Positions 45,834 to 53,151 of a DNA stretch of 64,000 nt are shown here, piece after piece. The DNA is from a virus. Taxonomy: Duplodnaviria; Caudoviricetes. The position numbers and the translations under genes were made by a program. Every line of letters starts with the position of its first letter. The stretch's first letter is position 1. The notes below the pieces were generated by a model. That model searched no databases. It saw only the letters and a list, made by a program, of their open reading frames with translations, and was not told where the DNA came from. The DNA lies in IMG/VR virus record IMGVR_UViG_3300025679_000005; one strand, 5' to 3'.

Positions 45834-46622
45834 TTATTTCTTGCTCTTCTTCGGCGAGGTCTTCTTGGCGTCGTTCAAGCTCATCTTCAAGGCGTCGAAG
45901 AGGTCGACGATGGTTGCCTGGGTGGAGGTTGTGACGACGCTGATCTCCTTGCCGGCGACCTTCTCCTCGACAGCGGCCTTGACCGCCTTGGCGTACTCAT
46001 CCTCGTACCGGTGGGACTCGAACGCCTTGGAGGTGAGGTGGGCCACCAGCTTCTCAGCCAGCTCCATCTCAGAGGGCGTCACCAGGCAGGGGATGACCGT
46101 GACTTCCTCGAAGTTCCGGACCTCATTGGCGTAGAACAGGACCTGAACCACCAGGCGATCCCCGTACGGGCGAAGGGCAACCAGGTGCTCCTTACCCTTG
46201 GTGCTCCACTTGGCGATGGCGACGACGCCCTTCTTCTTCATGACCTGGGCCAGGAGGCAATAGCCCTTGTCGCCACCCTTGTCGGGGCCGCAGTAATAGG
46301 ACTTATCGACCTGAATTTGGTCAATATCGGAGGCGGGGACGAATTCCTGAATGGTGATCGTCTTGGTCGAAGGCAGAGCCAGAGTGTCCAGTTCATCGCT
46401 GGTGAAGGTCACGAACTGGCTTTTGGCGAATTCGTAGCCCTTGAGTAAGGAATCGTACTCGACCACATCTCCGGTCACGGAATCGACGTTCTGCTGCTTA
46501 ATGCGATTTTTGGAGGGGGTCAGGAGGTTGAATTTGAGGGCCTCGTCCGAAGCCGAAACGTACAGCTTCACTGGAACGGAAACTAGACCGAAAACGATAG
46601 AGACACTGGCAGTCGAGCGCAT
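45834..46622 (-). CDS. ku: Ku DNA end-binding protein (prokaryotic NHEJ type)
   Basis: SIVFGLVSVPVKLY, LLKGYE, I.IQEFV...ID...YY, LFYANEVR, YEDEY, DLFDALKMSL. Confidence 0.93.
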   Translation of the reverse strand: MRSTASVSIVFGLVSVPVKLYVSASDEALKFNLLTPSKNRIKQQNVDSVTGDVVEYDSLLKGYEFAKSQFVTFTSDELDTLALPSTKTITIQEFVPASDIDQIQVDKSYYCGPDKGGDKGYCLLAQVMKKKGVVAIAKWSTKGKEHLVALRPYGDRLVVQVLFYANEVRNFEEVTVIPCLVTPSEMELAEKLVAHLTSKAFESHRYEDEYAKAVKAAVEEKVAGKEISVVTTSTQATIVDLFDALKMSLNDAKKTSPKKSKK

Positions 46623-46658
46623 GGGGCAGATTCCTTTTGAGGGGTTGATGCCCTATCT

Positions 46659-46686
46659 AACGGATCCTCCCTGGGGAAGTTAAGGG
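46659..46686 (-). promoter_or_regulatory. Class A promoter-like motif CCCTTAA-N16-CCGTT upstream of ku
   Basis: Shares CCCTTAACTTC-N7-AGGATCCGTT exactly with 30474..30501. Confidence 0.72.
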
Positions 46687-46713
46687 CGCTAGGGTATTTA
46701 TCGCCAAGCTCCT

Positions 46714-47721
46714 GTGATGTCGTGCATTTGCCCAAGCTGCGGCTCTGATCTGACCTACGATGACGGTAGGGATGCCTGGACGTGCCTTAGCTGCGGCTTC
46801 TTGGGGCCGAATGACTCTGTGTGCCCCAAGCCTGGGGACGACCAGTCCTATAAATGGACCGGCCCGGATGCTGACGGGTTCTACAGAGTCAACACTGCCG
46901 CCGTTCGTAGGGTCGTGGCCAAGTACAAAGAGAAGAAGAAGAACCCGAATGGCGGCGACCCAATTTACCTCTACTCGGAGGGGGACGTAACCAAGCGAAA
47001 TAAAGCCAAGGCTGAGCGGCTTGAAAAGCTCTCGGGCAACATCGAAAAGCTTCGTACTCAGTACAGGAAAGACCTGAAGTCTGATGACCTAAAGACAGCT
47101 TTGGTTAGCCTGGCCGTCGCCCTCATCGACGAAACGGCGGAACGTGTCGGCGGCGTTGAGAGCACCAAGGGGGACAACGAAGATGGCAAGCCTCATTATG
47201 GTGTGACTACATGGAAGAAGAGTCATGTCCGCTTCAAGGGATCCGGAGCTACCATAGCCTATGTGGGTAAGAGTGGCGTTCCACAGAAAAAGCAAGTGAC
47301 AGACAAGGCTATCGTAACAGCGCTTCGTAAGGCTCATAAAGAATGCTCTGGAGAGGATCTATTCTGTCATGACGAGGTGACCATAGACGCTTCAAAGGTG
47401 AACGCCTACCTCAAGGACCTGGACCTAGGAATCACGGCGAAGGATCTTCGCGGATTTCATGCAAATTTTGCGATGAAGGAAGAACTCAAGAAGGCCCGAG
47501 CCAAGGGCGGCAAGCTTCCCACTGACAAGAAGGAAAGGGAAGACAAACTCAAAAAAGAGTTCAAGTCTTGCTTAGAGATCGTCGCAAAAGAGGTCGGAGG
47601 TCATACCGTTTCGACGCTCCAAAATCAGTACTTAGTCGACTCCATCGAAGAGGATTACCTGAAGGATGGGTCTGTCGGTGCTAAGATGACTGCTTCAGTC
47701 ATGTCTAGGTTCAGGGGTTGA
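46714..47721 (+). CDS. Type IB DNA topoisomerase with an N-terminal zinc ribbon
   Basis: Catalytic pentad R (ERVG), K (VGKSG), R (AKDLR), H (GHT), Y nine residues after H, as in vaccinia TopIB; N-terminal CPSC...CLSC. Confidence 0.88.
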   Translation: MMSCICPSCGSDLTYDDGRDAWTCLSCGFLGPNDSVCPKPGDDQSYKWTGPDADGFYRVNTAAVRRVVAKYKEKKKNPNGGDPIYLYSEGDVTKRNKAKAERLEKLSGNIEKLRTQYRKDLKSDDLKTALVSLAVALIDETAERVGGVESTKGDNEDGKPHYGVTTWKKSHVRFKGSGATIAYVGKSGVPQKKQVTDKAIVTALRKAHKECSGEDLFCHDEVTIDASKVNAYLKDLDLGITAKDLRGFHANFAMKEELKKARAKGGKLPTDKKEREDKLKKEFKSCLEIVAKEVGGHTVSTLQNQYLVDSIEEDYLKDGSVGAKMTASVMSRFRG

Positions 47722-47727
47722 GACGCC

Positions 47728-48786
47728 GTGCCCAGCAAACTGACCATTGAAGAGATGAGATCCTTGGCCTCAGCTAAGGGTGGTAAGTGTCTGTCTTCGG
47801 AATACTCTAGTAATCGTGTCAAGCTATTGTGGACGTGCCATAAAGGGCATGAGTGGCTAGCTAAGCCCCAACACATAAAGGCCGGGAGTTGGTGCCCTAA
47901 CTGCGCGTCTAATGCACCCGTATCTATTGAGGATGCTCGTAAGGCAGCGACATACAACAATGGTGAGTGCCTATCTGATAGTATTCTAACTTCCAACCCT
48001 ATTCTTAAATGGAGGTGCGCTAAAGGACATGAGTGGGAAGGCTACTTAGGTAAAGTTCGTCGCGGTGAATGGTGCCCCCGCTGTGCTGGGAAACGGAATA
48101 CCTTGGATGATATGCAAGAATTGGCCGCATTATATGGCGGAAAATGCGTATCTCAAAAGTATGCCCCTAATACTAAGCTTAATTGGAAATGTCAATATGA
48201 GCACACATGGACGGCTTATCCCTATGTGCTAAAGCAGGGTTCATGGTGCCCCATTTGTGCTGGGCGTGGTAGTACCATCGAGGACATGCAGAGGCTTGCC
48301 CATGCAAATGGGGGGTGGTGCCTCTCGACTAAGTACATTACATGTCAGAAACATTTAACATGGCAGTGTGCTAATAAGCATATTTGGTCCACAGCACCTC
48401 TGACTATACGTCACGGGGCGTGGTGTCCGGAGTGTAAGCAGAACAAGCGAGAACGTGCTTGCAGGGCAGTATTTGAGACCTTGTTTCAGACTACTTTTGC
48501 GAAAGCCCGCCCACCTTGGCTTCGCAACTCTCGTGGAAACATGATGGAATTAGACGGATACTCTAATTCTCTCGCTATTGCCTTCGAGTACCAGGGATTT
48601 CAGCATTACGAACAATGCTATTGGCATTCAGGGCCTGAGGATTTCGCTTGGCAGCAGCAAAAAGATCAGGAGAAACGTCTTTTATGTAAAGCCAATGGGG
48701 TCACTTTAATCGAGGTGCCTTGGCATACAAAGGATATCACGGCTTTCATTCGGGGGCAGACTCTGGGCCTAGCAAAGGCTTCTTGA
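47728..48786 (+). CDS. Zinc-ribbon-repeat endonuclease (Vsr/PD-(D/E)XK-like), homing-type
   Basis: Four ~57-aa repeats GG.C.S...W.C..[GK]H.W...W CP.C; C-terminal ELDGY...AFEYQGFQHY. Confidence 0.75.
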   Translation: MPSKLTIEEMRSLASAKGGKCLSSEYSSNRVKLLWTCHKGHEWLAKPQHIKAGSWCPNCASNAPVSIEDARKAATYNNGECLSDSILTSNPILKWRCAKGHEWEGYLGKVRRGEWCPRCAGKRNTLDDMQELAALYGGKCVSQKYAPNTKLNWKCQYEHTWTAYPYVLKQGSWCPICAGRGSTIEDMQRLAHANGGWCLSTKYITCQKHLTWQCANKHIWSTAPLTIRHGAWCPECKQNKRERACRAVFETLFQTTFAKARPPWLRNSRGNMMELDGYSNSLAIAFEYQGFQHYEQCYWHSGPEDFAWQQQKDQEKRLLCKANGVTLIEVPWHTKDITAFIRGQTLGLAKAS

Positions 48787-50435
48787 TGCCCAGCAAACGA
48801 ATAGTAAATCGCTACCTTACGGCTCTTGCCTCTGTGAGAACGGCCTCAGTCTTAACTAAGGGGTGGATCTTAGGCTTGAGGAGGGGTTGGCTAAAGGTCT
48901 GGGAGCGTCATCCCCGGGACTGGCACGGCATCCACGAAGGGTTCCGGACCCTCAAGCAGTTCTTGCTCAATCTCAAGGAGCAGCTCTTCTATGCCCGTCG
49001 TGGACCCTACACGGGTACTCAGACGATGACTGAGGGGAAGAAGGTCTCGGACCTGATTGACCAGCTTCTACGGGAAGTCTCAGACGAGAGCAGCAAAGCA
49101 GATCATTGGGACAGCACTGCCAATGGCAGGAACATCCTTCCAGGCTTCCGTCAAGAAGACGGCGAGCACATGTATAGCCTCTACAAGAACAGCTTCTTCG
49201 AGACGGCTGGCGGTAAGGATATGCTTGTCACGTTCGATAAGCTTCTGAAGCTTCTACGGGAAGACGCTCAAAGGGTTGTCGACCACGATACGAAGACTCC
49301 AGAGGATCCGTTCCAAGACACCTCCGTCTACAAGGAATTCGACCTCTACGGGATGAAGGTCGTGGTGGACGACCGCACTGTGACTCCTACCGAGATCAAG
49401 CAATACATCAAGTTCCTGGACGAGGCCCATGCCCGTATGAAGATCAAGGGCTTTGCCAAAGCCTGGTATGGAACGGTCTTCATATCTTGTGAATCATGTG
49501 GGGGAGAGAATTCGAACGGGGCCGACTTGGGGGTTGCTGGCGACTACCGCATAGGTCAGGACACCGTCCAGGTCTACAATCGTCCCGGCCGATTCGTCGT
49601 CGAGTTGATGGCTCACGAGCTGGGACACCGGTACTGGTACAAGCAGATGTCCTCTGGCCAGCGGGAGAAGTTCCGGGCCTTGATCAGGGTCCGCAAGGGT
49701 CCTAAGCCAGAATGGCGAGAGAAGAAGAAGTACCCTGACGAGGGCAAGTGGGCGGTTGACAAGGCTGTAACCCCTCTACGGGAGGCCCTGAAGGACTTCG
49801 CTGGGGAACGACCCAAGTGGTGGAAGGATGCCTACACCAAATTCGAGACGTTGATTCCAAACCTCGCTTGGGATATGAACAACACCGTCCTCGATGCAAT
49901 GCACAAGCCAGGTGCGAATGCAACCATCAACGCTGAGGTCAAGGGTCTGTTTGATGACGCTCTGAAAGCTAGGGGAGAACTCCTCAGGGCTTGCCAGAAC
50001 ATGTCAGAGGGTATCCTCGACCCTCTGCACAAAGAGCCAGAGCCGGCGAAGCGTCCCAAGAGCCTGGACAAGTATTGGTGGGGCGTGTTCGATAAGGCTC
50101 GTGACAACTGGATCAAAGAGATCGAGCAGAAGATCGAAGCGGTTGTCACCACAGCCTACATCTACATTGACGCCTCGGTGGAGGCCTTCAACAAGGCTGA
50201 AGCCGACCGAGTTGAGCAGGCCACGAAGAAGTGGGAGACGGAGCTGGATGGCGATCCACGTTCGGTTCTTCCTGTCTCGGATTACGGCGGAAGTAACATT
50301 TCGGAGGCATTCGCTGAAGTCTTTGCCTATTATGTGATGGACAAGGACATGAGTCGTGATCAAATTGAATCCTTCAAGTCCATCCTCCCATCTTTGAAAG
50401 CTGCCTCAATTGTGGCTAGGTTCTTGGCTGGTTGA
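48786..50435 (+). CDS. Zincin metallopeptidase-like protein
   Basis: AHELGH (HExxH) plus distal SDYGGSNISEAFAEVF; start at the TGATG overlap. Confidence 0.7.
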   Translation: MPSKRIVNRYLTALASVRTASVLTKGWILGLRRGWLKVWERHPRDWHGIHEGFRTLKQFLLNLKEQLFYARRGPYTGTQTMTEGKKVSDLIDQLLREVSDESSKADHWDSTANGRNILPGFRQEDGEHMYSLYKNSFFETAGGKDMLVTFDKLLKLLREDAQRVVDHDTKTPEDPFQDTSVYKEFDLYGMKVVVDDRTVTPTEIKQYIKFLDEAHARMKIKGFAKAWYGTVFISCESCGGENSNGADLGVAGDYRIGQDTVQVYNRPGRFVVELMAHELGHRYWYKQMSSGQREKFRALIRVRKGPKPEWREKKKYPDEGKWAVDKAVTPLREALKDFAGERPKWWKDAYTKFETLIPNLAWDMNNTVLDAMHKPGANATINAEVKGLFDDALKARGELLRACQNMSEGILDPLHKEPEPAKRPKSLDKYWWGVFDKARDNWIKEIEQKIEAVVTTAYIYIDASVEAFNKAEADRVEQATKKWETELDGDPRSVLPVSDYGGSNISEAFAEVFAYYVMDKDMSRDQIESFKSILPSLKAASIVARFLAG

Positions 50436-50438
50436 GCT

Positions 50439-50645
50439 ATGCCGAAAAGATACACAATCGAGGATATGCAAGCGCTGGCGATTAGCCGGGGTGGGTCCTG
50501 TCTTAGCCCCACTTATCTAGCAAAGAAGCATTTACATTGGAAGTGCTCAGAAGGACATGAGTTGGAAGACCAAAGCTCTCGACAATTCCGACTACATCTA
50601 GGTCTGTCATTTCAAATACTCACGTCACCACCAGCAGCTCTTTGA
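50439..50645 (+). pseudogene. Truncated remnant of a zinc-ribbon-repeat endonuclease
   Basis: YTIEDMQALAISRGGSCLS...WKCSEGHE matches one repeat of 47728..48786, then degenerates. Confidence 0.65.
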
Positions 50646-51471
50646 TGGCGCCTCGGCCATCGCCCTTGGAGTTGATGTTTCTACGGGCCATGATCTCCCG
50701 GATCTCGTAGGCTTGATACAGCTCACGGACCAGAGGCGTGTCCGAGTTCGAGAGGACGACTTTGACCTCCCGGTCGGCAAGCTCGTGGACGACATTGGCA
50801 AGGCGCTTCTGAGCTTCGAGCCCGAAGCCCACCTCTGTGTACGAGGCGAAGTTCGAGGTGATGTTCAGCGGCACGTAGGGCGGATCGAAGTAGACGAGGT
50901 CGCCCTTCTTCGCTACCTCTAGCTTATCTTCGAAGTCTCCGTTGTTGATCCAGGTGTCTTGCAGTGCCCGATGACAGGCGAGGATGTTCTCCTCGATGAA
51001 GAGAGTGGGTGGAGTCTTGTAGGACCCAAAAGGGACATTGAAGGATCCACTCTTGTTGACTCGGTAAAGCCCGTTGAAACCATTCCGGTTGAGGTAGATC
51101 ATCCTTGCGGCTCGGGCCACGTCAGATAGTTCCTTGGGGACCAAGGCCCGTTGGGCAAGGAACACGTCCTTGGATCCGCTCTTCATCTTCCCCAAGGCAT
51201 CCATCAGCGCCTTGGGGTCGTCCCGAACCACTCGATAGCAGGTGATGAGTTCGGTGTTCCAGTCGTTGATCCAGCCTTCCTTGAAGGCCTTCTTGCCTGC
51301 TAGGTGCCAGAACATGGCCCCACCCCCAACGAACGGCTCGAAATAGGTGTCGATGCTCTCTGGGAACGACTTGACTATTTCAGGGATGAGCTTGGACTTC
51401 CCCCCTACCCATTTCAGGAAAGGGCGTGGAATTGAGCTTATTTCAGGGAGGAATTCGGTCAAACTTGACAT
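50620..51471 (-). CDS. dam: DNA adenine methyltransferase (Dam/D12 class)
   Basis: FLKWVGGK, YFEPFVGGGA, INDWN, YFDPPY. Confidence 0.93.
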   Translation of the reverse strand: MSSLTEFLPEISSIPRPFLKWVGGKSKLIPEIVKSFPESIDTYFEPFVGGGAMFWHLAGKKAFKEGWINDWNTELITCYRVVRDDPKALMDALGKMKSGSKDVFLAQRALVPKELSDVARAARMIYLNRNGFNGLYRVNKSGSFNVPFGSYKTPPTLFIEENILACHRALQDTWINNGDFEDKLEVAKKGDLVYFDPPYVPLNITSNFASYTEVGFGLEAQKRLANVVHELADREVKVVLSNSDTPLVRELYQAYEIREIMARRNINSKGDGRGAIKELLVVT

Positions 51472-51767
51472 ATCGCCATCGCCTTGTTCATGTGCTGAGT
51501 AAATTCGTCAATCGAAAGGCCCGAGCCAGCTTCTCTGGGGCTCCCCATGATCATGTTGCCGCCGCCCCAGCAATCAGCTGGTTTGCAGCTCTCGACCTCG
51601 TTTAAGGTCTTGGTCAGTCGCAACAAATCGAGGGGGTTGAAGTGGTCCCTGCTGTGCGCAGTGCTTTTCATCTCGTTCAAAGTATTTGAGTCAGAGGGGG
51701 TCATGTACGTGGGTACTCCCGTGGAAGGATGTCTATTTCTTGTGGTGGGTTCTGCTAGACTTGACAT
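51459..51767 (-). CDS. Hypothetical protein
   Basis: 102 aa, overlaps the dam start. Confidence 0.45.
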   Translation of the reverse strand: MSSLAEPTTRNRHPSTGVPTYMTPSDSNTLNEMKSTAHSRDHFNPLDLLRLTKTLNEVESCKPADCWGGGNMIMGSPREAGSGLSIDEFTQHMNKAMAICQV

Positions 51768-51783
51768 ATTGACATTGCTCGAT

Positions 51784-52632
51784 TCATGCCCTGGGTAAAA
51801 GCGACCACGTTTGAGGATTTTCGAGCTGGTGTGAGATCTGAGCGATGTCGGAAAGGCCCGCTAGGTAATCCACCTTCTCGTAGTCGATAGTGCGCTGAAC
51901 CAGAGGACTCAGGGATTCTTGGAAAGGGGTCATGATCGGTACTTTGAGACCGTGGACGAAGTCGTTGAAGGCGGCGTCATGCCAGGGTGGGGACCAGGCA
52001 CTTGACCGACAGATATACACCATCTCGACATTGCCCGCGTATTCCGACACCTTGGGATCAGGCCATACACACGGCTCTGTGTACCGCCTCAGGGAAGCAT
52101 CCAGTTCAGGGAAGCCCCCGTCTCCAAAGCTCCTAGTCCAATCGGCCATCCCCTTCCACGGGGGAAACACGATCAAAGACTTGAGCTGAAGCTGCGTCAG
52201 ATGGGTCATGAGCAGCCAGTTCTCACAGGTGACGTTGCCTCGAAGGGCGTCCCGCTCGAACTGGGCCATGTTGTAGGTCAGGTCGTGGTGAGCGTCAAAG
52301 TTCACCAGCCGGGTGTCAGCTAAGGACGGGCCCTCACAATTCGAACGGGAAAACACCTTGTTCCCGTGCTGATGACTGTCCCCTACAATTACCTCACAGA
52401 GATCATCGAACCGATAGCCCAGACCTCGAAGGGTTTTCCAGAAGTCTCGTGGGTGGGGGTCGTCTAACTTGGCTGACTCTTTGAGGTCGAGCCCCTGTGC
52501 TTTAGCTAAGGCCAGACGAACTTCCCATACAGAGCCGTAGTAGGTTTCAGTTTCTGCGTGAGCCCATTTCCACTCTTCTCGTTCAATAGCGAAGTAGTCC
52601 CAATCTATTGTTAGCCAGATATTTTTTCGCAC
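51784..52632 (-). CDS. UPF0489/arginase-fold-like protein
   Basis: LTIDWDYF, DSHQH, NFDAHHDL; likely GTG start at 52632 after GGAAG (the track start at 52716 lies in spacer 1). Confidence 0.55.
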   Translation of the reverse strand: MRKNIWLTIDWDYFAIEREEWKWAHAETETYYGSVWEVRLALAKAQGLDLKESAKLDDPHPRDFWKTLRGLGYRFDDLCEVIVGDSHQHGNKVFSRSNCEGPSLADTRLVNFDAHHDLTYNMAQFERDALRGNVTCENWLLMTHLTQLQLKSLIVFPPWKGMADWTRSFGDGGFPELDASLRRYTEPCVWPDPKVSEYAGNVEMVYICRSSAWSPPWHDAAFNDFVHGLKVPIMTPFQESLSPLVQRTIDYEKVDYLAGLSDIAQISHQLENPQTWSLLPRA

Positions 52633-52652
52633 GATACTTCCTTGACGTTGTC

Positions 52653-52843
52653 GTGACCACTTGAAAGGGTTTCGTCTCCCTCTCTGACCCTTTTTGGGTC
52701 CGATTTTGATGGTCATTGGTTCTTACCTGGTGACCACTTGAAAGGGTTTCGTCTCCCTCTCTGACCTGTAAAAACGGGCGGCGTCACCAACACCCAGGTA
52801 TCGGTGGTGACCACTTGAAAGGGTTTCGTCTCCCTCTCTGACC
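52653..52843 (-). CRISPR. CRISPR mini-array: 3 identical 37-bp repeats and 2 spacers of 40 bp
   Basis: Repeats at 52653-52689, 52730-52766 and 52807-52843; minus-strand repeat GGTCAGAGAGGGAGACGAAACCCTTTCAAGTGGTCAC; spacers unrelated to each other; next to a RuvC effector. Confidence 0.93.
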
Positions 52844-53151
52844 TTACCCCTAGGCACCTCAAGCATTTCGCGACCTTGCACAATGCTTTGCGAGAGGTCG
52901 CGAAATCGACCCTTTTTGAGGGAGGGCGATTTGGCAATAAACGCCTGGCTCCATCAACGATGGAGCCTAATTTGGCTGTTGCGAGAGCCTGCTGGCTTTT
53001 TGGCGCCACCGAACCTCTCGCAACGAGGAAGACGAATTGTCAGAGAACAGAGTGAGAGAAGAAACCCTCTTAAGTGTGGTGGACTCAACCACCAAAGTTG
53101 GGAATACGTAGGTACTCTCACGAGCCCCACTCAGCTAACTTTCGTTAGCTG
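52844..53151 (-). ncRNA. Putative tracrRNA/scaffold and leader region (boundaries unknown)
   Basis: Anti-repeat at 53048-53076 (24/29 identity to the repeat); stems at 52865-52906, 52947-52967, 52978-53024, 53077-53094 and 53132-53151. Confidence 0.7.

Noticed and set aside
51784-52716. 310-aa ORF starting inside CRISPR spacer 1 and reading through the trailer repeat
   Set aside because: A GTG at 52632 with GGAAG upstream gives a cleaner start; the N-terminal 28 aa are array-derived and probably fortuitous
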